From Candidatus Spongiisociaceae bacterium (GTDB taxonomy: Bacteria; Actinomycetota; Acidimicrobiia; Spongiisociales; Spongiisociaceae), in assembly GCA_965219685.1 (NCBI GenBank), contig CBDCOH010000002.1:256001-320000 (forward strand): a stretch of DNA of 64,000 bases. Reading direction: 5' to 3'. Under the pieces are notes generated by a model. The model had not been told where the DNA came from. It made no database searches and saw only the letters and a program-made list of their open reading frames with translations. The position numbers and the translations under genes were made by a program. Position 1 is the first letter of the stretch. Every line of letters starts with the position of its first letter. Below are positions 1 to 9,241 of this stretch, one piece after another.

Positions 1-98
1 GCCATGTCGTCGGCCTGTTCACAAGGGAGTGCAACGATGCCCGGGCGGTCGTGTCGCGACGGCCCGGGCCGGCGCTTCCGTCGCAGGAGTTGACTGTG

Positions 99-926
99 AT
101 GTCGATGAAGTCCGGCCTGATCGAGGCAAACGGAGCGGAACTGTATCACGAGGTACGGGGGAGCGGACCTCCGCTGCTGTTTGTCTCGATGGGTGGCGGT
201 GACGCAGGAGAGTGGGAGCCCGTCGTGGAGATCGTCGCACGGAACCACACGGTGATCACGTACGATCGCCGTGGGAACTCGCGAAGTCCCTGGCCGGATG
301 CATGGAAGCCCGGACCGGTCAGCGAGCGTTCGGACGACGCCGCAGCCCTCCTAGACGCGCTCGACTTTGTGCCCGCGCTGGTCGTGGGATGCCGCGGAGG
401 AGCGAGCGTGGTTATCGACCTCATCGCGAGGCATCCCGACCACCTCGCCGGTGCCATCGTCTACGAACCGCCCCTGTACCTCATGCTTCCCGGCGGGCAG
501 GGTATCTTCGACGAGCATGTCCGCATCGCAGAGGAGGCCCGTTCGGAAGGGGGAGATGCTGCGGCGCTGGAGAGTTGGGGCAAGCTCGCCGCGGGTGATG
601 AGACCTGGCTACTTCTTGACGAGGAGACCCGCAGCAGGATCGTGGCCAACGCCCGCACACACTGGGGAGAAGTGCCGCATACGCTGGCATTCGAGCCCGA
701 CGTGGAAGCACTGAGCCATTCGGAGGTCCCGTCCGCAATCGCGTTCGGAACCGGGGTGCGAGATGGTGACCCGAGGATCCGGTTCCTCTACGATTCCTGC
801 GTCTGGCTCTCTCGACAGACGGGGATCGAACTCACCGAGATCGTAGGACCGAACTTCCTCTACTGGAAGGATCCCCAGGCCTTCTCGGACCAGTTGCAGG
901 GACTCCTCGGTCGGCTCACGGCGTGA
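99..926 (+). CDS. alpha/beta-hydrolase fold protein, catalytic residues look degenerate
   Basis: G-GPPLLF, YDRRGNSRS and YEPP motifs. CAGGAG RBS before ATG 99. Nucleophile elbow reads GCRGG. Confidence 0.85.
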   Translation: MSMKSGLIEANGAELYHEVRGSGPPLLFVSMGGGDAGEWEPVVEIVARNHTVITYDRRGNSRSPWPDAWKPGPVSERSDDAAALLDALDFVPALVVGCRGGASVVIDLIARHPDHLAGAIVYEPPLYLMLPGGQGIFDEHVRIAEEARSEGGDAAALESWGKLAAGDETWLLLDEETRSRIVANARTHWGEVPHTLAFEPDVEALSHSEVPSAIAFGTGVRDGDPRIRFLYDSCVWLSRQTGIELTEIVGPNFLYWKDPQAFSDQLQGLLGRLTA

Positions 927-1064
927 GACAAGCTGCAGATCGAAGCCGCCGCCTCCCACCTACGAGGTCCGTGCCCCGCCGTCCACAACTCGGCCGTCAG
1001 CCTCCACCCGGAGGAGTCGTCGTAAACTGGCGGCCGCACCAGTTGGGAGGAACCTGAGTCGCCG

Positions 1065-1856
1065 ATGAGCACGCGCAGAACCGTCAAGAGAGATTCGAAG
1101 CGAGGACGGATGGACAGGGAGGTCGGGCTTCCGTCGGTCTGGGTGGAGGACTCGGGCGCCGATCGCAGGGTTCCACTGACCGCGCCCGAGATCGTCGACG
1201 CTGCGGTGAGCATCGTCGAGGCAGAAGGGGTTAAGGCACTCACCATGCGCCGCCTCGCCGCGGAGTTGGGCACCAGCACGTCGTCGGTCTACTGGCGTTT
1301 CGCCGACCGCGACGAACTTCTCCTCGCCGCCGCGGATCGTGTCACCCATGAACTCTACGGTGCGGCGCTCACCGTCGACACCGAAGGCCTCGACTGGCGG
1401 GGGGTCCTGACCGAGTACGGGATAGCGATTCGCGCCAGCTTCCGCGCCAACCAGGACCTCCTACCCCTGATCAGGGGCCGTACAGGAGTCACACCCTCGA
1501 CGCTGCAGTTCGCCGAGGAGGTTCTGCGGGTCCTGGTGGAGGCCGGATTCGCGAACGAGCAGCTCAGGGACGCCTTCAACGCTTACACCTCGTTCGTCGT
1601 CGGCTACTCGGTGGTCGAACTGGCGCGACGTCCCCTCTCCGAGAGGTGGGTGAAGGCCATCCCTCGCTACCTGTCGTCCCTGCCGGACGAGGAATTCCCC
1701 CACATTAACAGTTCGATCGACATCCTGCGGGAGCAGGCCTTCTTCCTGCGCTCGTCCGGTGAGGTCGCCTTCGACGGAGGTTTCAGACTGGGATTGGAGG
1801 CACTGCTCACCGGCCTCGCCGCGACGGTGGGGGATAGGACGGGGGACTCGTCATGA
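1065..1856 (+). CDS. TetR/AcrR family regulator with TetR_C domain
   Basis: HTH 'EIVDAAVSIVEAEGVKALTMRRLAAELGTSTSSVYWRF'; C-terminal 'FRLGLEALLTG'. Start may be 1110. Confidence 0.9.
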   Translation: MSTRRTVKRDSKRGRMDREVGLPSVWVEDSGADRRVPLTAPEIVDAAVSIVEAEGVKALTMRRLAAELGTSTSSVYWRFADRDELLLAAADRVTHELYGAALTVDTEGLDWRGVLTEYGIAIRASFRANQDLLPLIRGRTGVTPSTLQFAEEVLRVLVEAGFANEQLRDAFNAYTSFVVGYSVVELARRPLSERWVKAIPRYLSSLPDEEFPHINSSIDILREQAFFLRSSGEVAFDGGFRLGLEALLTGLAATVGDRTGDSS

Positions 1857-1924
1857 GCGAGGTCGGAACAGGATCCGCCGGCCCGCCGAGGCAGACCGGC
1901 TGACTTGGAGGGGCCGAGGTCTCC

Positions 1925-4786
1925 ATGATCGACGCTCTTGGCCTCGACATCACAACGTCGGCCTTGACTCTCGGCGTGATCGTCGGGGTGACGTACGCCT
2001 CCCTGGCGATCGGCCTCATCCTTGTGTACCGCTCCAGCGGAGTCATCAACTTCGCGCACGGTGAGATCGGGGTCCTGGGGGCCGCTGTCCTGGGCCTGGC
2101 GGTGACACGCTGGGGTGTCCCCTATTGGATCGCGATGGGGGCGGCGGTTGTGGTTTCGGGGGCTGCCGGAGCCATCACGGAGATGACCGTCATCCGCCGG
2201 CTGAGGCGGGCACCGCCCCTGATGAGTGTCGTCGCGACCCTGGGTGTCGCCCAGTTCGTGCTGCTGCTCACCTTCTCGATTAACAGCCAGGTCACGGCGG
2301 GGCGCGCCTACCCGCAGCCCTCCTTCATGCCCACCTTCGATGTCGGCGCGTTGCGGGTCACATCGAGTTTCTCCGCGATGCTGTTGCTCACCCCGCTCCT
2401 GGTTGCCGCCCTGGTGGTGTTCCTCCGTCGCTCCTGGTGGGGGCTGGCGATCCGTGGCGCGGCGGCGAACGCCGACTCGGCCCGGCTGGCTGGCATCTTT
2501 CCCGGGAGGATGTCGGGCCTGTCCTGGGCTCTGGCCGGGGCGATGGCGGGATTCACGGCTGTGCTGCTGATACCGACACGTGGATTCATAACGCCGGAGT
2601 TCTTCGGTCCGGGGCTCCTGTTGCGTGCCCTCGTGCCCGCTCTGATCGCCCGCATGTTCTCGCTCCCCTGGGCCCTGGCGGGAGGGATCGCGGTGGGCGT
2701 CGTCGAGCAGATCGTCTTCTGGAACTTCTCGAGCGGTGTTGCCGACGTTGCGCTGTTCGTGATCGTCATCACGACGCTCCTGCTCAACCCGCAGCGGACG
2801 GGACGTGCCGGGTCGAAGGGTTTCTGGACGGTGGTACAGCCGTGGAGGCCCCTACCCGACGAGTTCAAGCGGATCCGGGAGATCCGTAACCTGCCCTCCA
2901 TAGCGGCTTCCGCCGGGCTGGTCCTTCTTCTAGGTCTTCCTCTCGTCATGACGAACAGTGCAGCCATCATCATGACGGCGATCCTGTCGTTCGCCCTAGT
3001 GGGCCTGTCGATCGGTGTTATCACCGGGCTGGGCGGGCAGCTCTCCCTCGGTCAGTTCGCGCTCGCGGGCGTGGGCGCGGCTGCCGCCTATTACGTTTCG
3101 TCCGCCACCGGCAACCACCTCCTGGCCTTCGTGGTGGCCGCTCTTTCCGCCGGCGCGGTCTCCGTCATCGTGGGACTGCCCGCGCTGCGCATACGAGGAC
3201 CGATGCTTGCGGTCACGACCCTCTCGTTCGCCCTTGCCGCGCAGACCTGGCTGTTCAAGCAGTCCTGGATGCTCGGCGACGGTGTGGAGCCCGATCGTGT
3301 CAGCTTCGCGGGTGTGACCCTGGACACCGGCAAGAAGTACTACCTGTTCGCGCTGGCGGTGTTCGTCGCAGCCTTCCTCCTCGTGCGGAACTTCTGGAGG
3401 ACCGGCCTGGCTCGCAGGCTGGTTGCGCTCCGTGACAACGAGAACGTGGCCCGGGCCTACACGATTCCCCCGACTCGGGTGAAGATCCAGGCATTCGCCT
3501 TCTCGGGTTTGCTGGCCGGTCTCGGCGGCGCGCTGTTCGCCAACTCCCTCTCGCGTATCACGCCGGTTACCTTCTCGGTCGAGGCGTCGGTCAACGTGGT
3601 GGCAATGGCGGTCCTCGGGGGAATCGGAATCGTCGTCGGGCCGCTGTTGGGCGCCCTCTACATCGTCGGGGTTCCGCGATTCCTCCCTCTCGACAGTGCC
3701 GGGCTCGCCGCCGGTGCTCTGGGCTGGTTGGTGCTCATCCTCTACTTCCCCGGAGGACTCGTGCAGCTGGTCAGGCCCGCTCGAGACCGCATCGTCGGGT
3801 GGCTCGCCCGGCGGCGAGGGCTGGATCCGGACACGGTCTGGGAAGGCGCCGCCGGCGATCCCACGGTCGGCGTCGACCGGGCCTCCGGTCGGCTGTTCGG
3901 TTCCCGGAGAACGGTTCACGAACATGGAGTGCTCCTGAGTGCTGAGGGTTTGGACAGGAGCTACGGGGGTGTCCGAGCGGTTCACGACGTGTCGCTCCAT
4001 GCCGAGGCGGGCGAGATCGTGGGATTGATCGGTCCCAACGGGGCGGGTAAAACCACCCTCTTCGAGATTCTCGGTGGCGCCACCCGGGCCGATCGGGGCA
4101 TCGTCCGATTCAGAGGTCGGAACGTTTCAGGTAGGAAGCCCGAACACCGGGGGCGCCTCGGACTGATCCGGTCATTCCAGGATGCGGCGCTGTTCCCGAC
4201 CATGACGGTCATCGAAGCGGTCATGCTGGCACTGGAGCGGGAACGCCCCACGCGCTTCGCCGCGCCCCTGCTGGGCTCCAGGAAGGAGGAGAGACGCAAG
4301 CGGCGCGAGGCGTTGGAGGTGATCCGGCTGCTGGGCCTCGAACCCTTCCGGAATCGCCAGATCGCCGAACTGTCGACGGGAACCCGTCGGCTGGCGGAGC
4401 TCGGCTGCGTCGTGGCTCTCGATCCGCTGCTGCTCCTCCTCGACGAACCCTCGTCCGGAATAGCGCAGCGCGAGACCGAAGCCCTGGGCCGCCTACTGTT
4501 GCGCCTCAGGGACGAACTTGGCATCACGATGATCGTCATCGAACACGACATGCCGCTGATCATGTCGATCGCGGACCGCATGATCGCGATGGAGACGGGC
4601 AGGATCATCGCGGAGGGCACCCCTGAGCAGATCATCGCCGACCCGCTCGTCGTCGAGTCGTATCTCGGAGGGGACCCTCGGGCCATCCACAGGTCCGACC
4701 GCAACCCGGCTGACCCGAGGACGGAGCGGCAAGACCCTCCCGGATCGCCGGTTCCGCCCCACGGCGAAGGTCGACTCCCACGATGA
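1925..4786 (+). CDS. Branched-chain amino acid (HAAT)-type ABC transporter, fused permease-permease-ATPase (LivH-LivM-LivG like)
   Basis: 'GVINFAHGE' (LivH), 'GQLSLGQ' (LivM), Walker A GPNGAGKTT, Walker B LLLLDEP, H-loop IEHD. Confidence 0.92.
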   Translation: MIDALGLDITTSALTLGVIVGVTYASLAIGLILVYRSSGVINFAHGEIGVLGAAVLGLAVTRWGVPYWIAMGAAVVVSGAAGAITEMTVIRRLRRAPPLMSVVATLGVAQFVLLLTFSINSQVTAGRAYPQPSFMPTFDVGALRVTSSFSAMLLLTPLLVAALVVFLRRSWWGLAIRGAAANADSARLAGIFPGRMSGLSWALAGAMAGFTAVLLIPTRGFITPEFFGPGLLLRALVPALIARMFSLPWALAGGIAVGVVEQIVFWNFSSGVADVALFVIVITTLLLNPQRTGRAGSKGFWTVVQPWRPLPDEFKRIREIRNLPSIAASAGLVLLLGLPLVMTNSAAIIMTAILSFALVGLSIGVITGLGGQLSLGQFALAGVGAAAAYYVSSATGNHLLAFVVAALSAGAVSVIVGLPALRIRGPMLAVTTLSFALAAQTWLFKQSWMLGDGVEPDRVSFAGVTLDTGKKYYLFALAVFVAAFLLVRNFWRTGLARRLVALRDNENVARAYTIPPTRVKIQAFAFSGLLAGLGGALFANSLSRITPVTFSVEASVNVVAMAVLGGIGIVVGPLLGALYIVGVPRFLPLDSAGLAAGALGWLVLILYFPGGLVQLVRPARDRIVGWLARRRGLDPDTVWEGAAGDPTVGVDRASGRLFGSRRTVHEHGVLLSAEGLDRSYGGVRAVHDVSLHAEAGEIVGLIGPNGAGKTTLFEILGGATRADRGIVRFRGRNVSGRKPEHRGRLGLIRSFQDAALFPTMTVIEAVMLALERERPTRFAAPLLGSRKEERRKRREALEVIRLLGLEPFRNRQIAELSTGTRRLAELGCVVALDPLLLLLDEPSSGIAQRETEALGRLLLRLRDELGITMIVIEHDMPLIMSIADRMIAMETGRIIAEGTPEQIIADPLVVESYLGGDPRAIHRSDRNPADPRTERQDPPGSPVPPHGEGRLPR

Positions 4787-5289
4787 GGTTCAGCCGAGCG
4801 GTGATGATCTTCCTCCTCGTGGCAGGCTGCACCCTCGATGTCTCCTTCGTCGACGACGAACGGGTGACGGTCTTGGCTCCGGCCGACCGGTCAACGTTAC
4901 GGCAGCCGGTCGAGGTCGCCTGGAGCGTCACCGGCTTCGAGGTCACCGGCCCTGCGCCGGTCGACACGGACGAGAGCGGGTATTTCGCCGTGTTCGTGGA
5001 CCGGAACCCGGTCCGGCCCGGCAAGCTGCTCAACTCGATCGGGGACGACGACCCCTCATGCCGGCGAAGTCCCGACTGTCCCGACGAGGCCTACCTGAAC
5101 AGCAAAGGTGTCTTCACCACCACCGAGACCGCGCTGGTTCTCCCTCCGTTGGTGGACACACGGCCGAGGGAGCGCCCCGAAACCAAGGACTGGCACGAGG
5201 TGACCATCGTCCCCGTCAGCGGGGTCGGGAGAAGGATCGGTGAGTCGGCGGCCTCCGTCAGGTTCGTGGTTGATCGTGAAGATCGTTGA
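4783..5289 (+). CDS. Putative lipoprotein of unknown function, beta-rich
   Basis: Lipobox LVAG-C. 4-bp overlaps with both neighbours. C-x5-C pair. Confidence 0.75.
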   Translation: MRFSRAVMIFLLVAGCTLDVSFVDDERVTVLAPADRSTLRQPVEVAWSVTGFEVTGPAPVDTDESGYFAVFVDRNPVRPGKLLNSIGDDDPSCRRSPDCPDEAYLNSKGVFTTTETALVLPPLVDTRPRERPETKDWHEVTIVPVSGVGRRIGESAASVRFVVDREDR

Positions 5290-7592
5290 CTCCGGAGGAA
5301 AGGCACTGCTCGATGCAGGATGAGGATCGGGCCGGGGGGCCGGCTGGGATGACACCCGCGAATTCCGATTGCCCCGTTGATGAGAGCGGATCGAGGGACA
5401 CCGGCGGAGCCACCAACGCCCCGCCCGACTACGTCGATCTCGTGGAGGGGGTCAAGGACTCGCTGAGGTCCGACGCCAGGAACCGCCTGGGCTTCGGCAC
5501 CGGCGGAGACAACCGGCCGCTCCGGGACACGATCCGGGAGTCCGGAGCCGGCTGGTACCCGCTGCTGGCCTTGAGCCTCCTGGTTATCGTGGACGAATTC
5601 CAGGGCTACGGGTTCCTCGTCCTGGGCCCGGAGGTGAGCCGGGCCCTCGGGGTGAGCCCTGCGGGCCTCGGCGCGATCCTGGCCCTCAAGACGCTGGTGA
5701 TCATGCTGGCGACGTTGCCGATGGCCGCGTACGTCCAGAGAGTGCCCCGGCGTGCCCTGGCCTCGGTGGTCACGGCGTTCCTGTGGAGCCTCTTCATCAT
5801 GGGAACCGCCTTCGTGGCCAACGTCTGGGGGCTGATGGCGGTGATGCTGGCCGATGGGGCCTCCACAGGATCGGTGCGCAGCCTCCACCAGCCGCTGCTG
5901 ATGGACTCGTACCCGCCGGATGCCCGCGTTCGCGTGTTTTCCACCTACCGGGCCGCAGACATGATCGGGAACATCCTTGCGCCGGCACTGGTCGGGGGCC
6001 TGACCGCCATCCTGGGATTCAACTGGCGGGGCGTCTTCCTGATCATGGGTCTCGCTTCGCTCGTTGCGGTGCTCACCACCATCAAACTCCGGGACCCGGG
6101 CTTCGGCCGGTGGGACGAGCAGAAGGTCCGCAGCCTGGTAGGGGAGTCCGGGCCGGACGAGGACGGTGTCTCGCTCCGATTCTTCGAGATCGCCCGCCGC
6201 CTGTTCCTGATCCCTACCATGCGGCGGGTCCTCGCCGGTTGGGCCATCCTCGGCATGCTGCTGATACCCCTCTACACCTACCTGTTCTTCTTTCTGGAGG
6301 ACCGGTGGGACATGGGGCCGGGGGCTCGCGGTCTCTTCTTCGCGGTCATGCCCGTGTTCTCCATCACGGCGCTGTACGTGTTCGGGCCGAGAGGGGAGAG
6401 GACCTTCCGCGAACGGCCCGAACAGCTTCAGAAAGCCGGAGCGCTGTTCCTCGGTGTCGGGGTTGTCGCTCTCGCCGCGGCGATGTTCACTCCGGTCTTC
6501 GGGGCGATGGTGGTGCTCTTCGGGATAGGGTTCTCGCTGCTCGCGCTCATGCAGCCGACGCTGTACGTGACCATGCTGTCTCTGGTCCCGCCGGTCATGC
6601 GGGCCCACGCCGCAGCGCTGGCAGGCATCTTTCTCGCAGGGGTCGGGGGTTTCGGTGGGCTCCTGCTGCTGGGTGGTCTCGACCGCCGGTTCGGCACCGC
6701 GGGAGCGATCGCCTCGCTTGCGCTTCCGGGCGTGGGGGCTGCTTTCGTGCTGTGGAGCGCATCGAGGACGGTGGTGGAGGACCTCGATCGCAACATCGAC
6801 GCTATCGTCGAGGACCAGGAGATCAAGGGTCTCGTCCGGAGGGGGACGAGGATACCCATGCTGGCCTGCAGGGGAGTCGAGTTCTCCTACGGGCAGGTGC
6901 AGGTACTCTTCGGCGTCGATTTCACCGTCGACGAAGGAGAGATGGTGGCCCTGCTCGGAACGAACGGGGCCGGTAAGTCGACTCTCCTTCGAGTTATCTC
7001 GGGCTTGGGCATTCCGGCCAGGGGCACCGTGCGCTACGGCGGATCCGACATCACCTACCTGGACGCGGAACGCCGCCTGGCGCTCGGGATCGCGCACGTG
7101 CCGGGCGGGCGGTCCGTCTTCGGAGGGCTGTCGGTGGCCGAGAACCTGCGCCTGTACGGGTACTCGGTGAAGCGAGACCGCAGGACGGTGGACTCGGGCA
7201 TCGACGCGGCCTTCCAAGCATTTCCCCGTCTTGGCGAGCGACGGAACCTTCCGGCAGGATCGCTATCCGGTGGCGAGCAGCAGATGCTGGCGCTGTCGAA
7301 GGCGCTGATCCTCCAACCCCGCTTGTTGTTGATCGATGAGTTGTCTCTCGGTCTGGCGCCTCGGGTGGTCGGAGAGCTCATGGACATGGTGAAGATGATC
7401 AACGAATCGGGGACGGCTGTCGTGCTAGTGGAACAGTCGGTGAACGTCGCTCTCTCGATTGTCGACCACGCATACTTCATGGAGAAGGGAACCATCCGTT
7501 TCGACGGAAGCTCCAACGATCTGATCGGGCGGCGCGACCTCCTGCGCTCCGTGTTCCTCGAAGGAGCCGACGGCGCCCTCGGCGGGCCATAG
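5286..7592 (+). CDS. MFS transporter fused to a LivF-like ABC ATPase
   Basis: About 12 hydrophobic segments with 'MDSYPPDARVRVFS'; then GTNGAGKST, LSGGEQQM, LLLIDE and LivF-type VEQ switch. Confidence 0.9.
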   Translation: MTPEERHCSMQDEDRAGGPAGMTPANSDCPVDESGSRDTGGATNAPPDYVDLVEGVKDSLRSDARNRLGFGTGGDNRPLRDTIRESGAGWYPLLALSLLVIVDEFQGYGFLVLGPEVSRALGVSPAGLGAILALKTLVIMLATLPMAAYVQRVPRRALASVVTAFLWSLFIMGTAFVANVWGLMAVMLADGASTGSVRSLHQPLLMDSYPPDARVRVFSTYRAADMIGNILAPALVGGLTAILGFNWRGVFLIMGLASLVAVLTTIKLRDPGFGRWDEQKVRSLVGESGPDEDGVSLRFFEIARRLFLIPTMRRVLAGWAILGMLLIPLYTYLFFFLEDRWDMGPGARGLFFAVMPVFSITALYVFGPRGERTFRERPEQLQKAGALFLGVGVVALAAAMFTPVFGAMVVLFGIGFSLLALMQPTLYVTMLSLVPPVMRAHAAALAGIFLAGVGGFGGLLLLGGLDRRFGTAGAIASLALPGVGAAFVLWSASRTVVEDLDRNIDAIVEDQEIKGLVRRGTRIPMLACRGVEFSYGQVQVLFGVDFTVDEGEMVALLGTNGAGKSTLLRVISGLGIPARGTVRYGGSDITYLDAERRLALGIAHVPGGRSVFGGLSVAENLRLYGYSVKRDRRTVDSGIDAAFQAFPRLGERRNLPAGSLSGGEQQMLALSKALILQPRLLLIDELSLGLAPRVVGELMDMVKMINESGTAVVLVEQSVNVALSIVDHAYFMEKGTIRFDGSSNDLIGRRDLLRSVFLEGADGALGGP

Positions 7593-7681
7593 TCCTGGTA
7601 CTTCCCGGATCCTGAACGTCCTTGCCTCCATCCCCGGTGGTAGCGAACGAGGTCCGTTTCCAGAGCTGGCTCGAGAATCCG

Positions 7682-8101
7682 CTAGCGCTCTGACAGGCCC
7701 AGCTGCCTTGCCATGTCGGCCGTGTCCCAGTAGGACGTGACAGAGCGGATCAGGCCGTCCCTGAAATCGATCCTGAAGGCGCCGCGCACCCGGAAGACGG
7801 CTCCAGTTGGTGGATGGTCTCCGATGGGACCCTCCATCGTTCCGGACAGCAACGCCTCGGCAAAGAGAGTGTCGCCTTCCGCAGTTACGTCGATAACGTC
7901 CTCCCGCAGGTCGGGGAACGAGGCGAATACAGCCGTCCAGTGGCAGCGAACCTCTCGCTTGCCCCTCCTAGCGGCGAAGTCCGAACTCGACCGGCGAATC
8001 TCGATGTCGTCGGTCACGAATTCCAGCATCCTGTCGACATCCCGTTCCTCGTGAGCCTCCATCCAGCGGTCGAAGACGTCCAGGTTCCCGGTGCTGCTCA
8101 T
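7682..8101 (-). CDS. SnoaL-like / NTF2-fold (ester cyclase family) protein
   Basis: 'FASFPDLR', 'PPTG..F.V.G', 'DGLI....YWD'. Confidence 0.85.
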   Translation of the reverse strand: MSSTGNLDVFDRWMEAHEERDVDRMLEFVTDDIEIRRSSSDFAARRGKREVRCHWTAVFASFPDLREDVIDVTAEGDTLFAEALLSGTMEGPIGDHPPTGAVFRVRGAFRIDFRDGLIRSVTSYWDTADMARQLGLSER

Positions 8102-8434
8102 CGCGCGGTCGTGGCGTCGTCGGAGGTCGCCGGCATCGTTAGCCACCCGGTCGAGTCCTCTCGTTGCCGGAGCTCGACCTGCGAACCCTGCTCGCCAGAG
8201 CCCGTGACACCGTCCGGCACGGTGCGACGACGCCGGACGCCTTGATTACTGCGGCGTCGTGACACTGGCCCCTAATGTGGGCCGGACCGGGCATGTCGCT
8301 AGCCGCGTGGATGGACCCTCCAGGCACGGAGACACTGTATCAGCCCGAGAACGGCGTTACAATGGTCGAGTTCCCCGACGCCCGAGAGAAGTTCGGCGGA
8401 CTGTTCCATACCACCATGAGAACGGAGATACTCG

Positions 8435-9211
8435 ATGTCGGATGATCTTGCGGTCGATGTGGCCTGGGATGGCGACATAGCCACTATCTCTCTTACCGTT
8501 CCCGAACGCGGGAACGCTCTCTCGGAGCGACTATGCGACCAGCTCGTTTCGGCTCTGGACAGTTGTTCGGTCGGAGCCGCGGCGATCGTCCTCACCTCGC
8601 AGGGGCCGATCTTCAGCGCGGGCGGCGACCTCGACGTCCTCTCCCAATGGCACACCTGGGACATCGAACGCCGTTCCATGTATGTGGAGGAAGGCCCTCA
8701 AGCAGTTATAAGACGCCTCCTGGGAGTTCCTGCTGTAACCGTGTGCGCCGTTAACGGGGCCGCATACGGCGCAGGCATGGACCTGACCCTCGCCTGCGAC
8801 CTCAGGATCGCCTCGACCGAAGCCACGTTCTGCGAGTCGTTCATCCGGATCGCGGTCGTTCCCGGCGATGGGGCTGCATGGCTGCTGCCTCGGTACATCG
8901 GTATCGGGCGAGCGCTCGACATGCTGCTCACCGGCCGGCCGGTGGCCCCTGACGAGGCTCTCTCGATCGGGCTCGTCTCCCGAGTCGTCCCTCCGGACCA
9001 GTTGGCTGCCTCGGCCCTCGAACTCGCCCGGAAGGTATCGGCACATGACCCGTCGGTGGTGCGCTGGATCCGGAGCATGGTCTTCGATGGCATGGCCGAG
9101 ACCCTGGAGGAACACCTGGCCGTGGCCTCCCGGGCCATCGCCCGCACAGCAGGGCAGCCTGCCCATGTCGAGTCGGTCGCGAGGTTGATCGGCAGGAATC
9201 GAAACAGCTGA
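8435..9211 (+). CDS. Enoyl-CoA hydratase/isomerase (crotonase) family
   Basis: 'FSAGGDL', 'AVNGAAYGAGMDLTLACDLRIAS', 'PGDGAAWLLPR'. Confidence 0.92.
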   Translation: MSDDLAVDVAWDGDIATISLTVPERGNALSERLCDQLVSALDSCSVGAAAIVLTSQGPIFSAGGDLDVLSQWHTWDIERRSMYVEEGPQAVIRRLLGVPAVTVCAVNGAAYGAGMDLTLACDLRIASTEATFCESFIRIAVVPGDGAAWLLPRYIGIGRALDMLLTGRPVAPDEALSIGLVSRVVPPDQLAASALELARKVSAHDPSVVRWIRSMVFDGMAETLEEHLAVASRAIARTAGQPAHVESVARLIGRNRNS

Positions 9212-9241
9212 TCCCACGGTTCCGGTTGGGAGGACTTGGTG

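Noticed and set aside
5091-7217. 708-aa minus-strand ORF, and similar long antisense ORFs such as 14252-15553 and 60461-62476
   Set aside because: Shadow ORFs of high-GC genes on the opposite strand, with no recognisable motifs.
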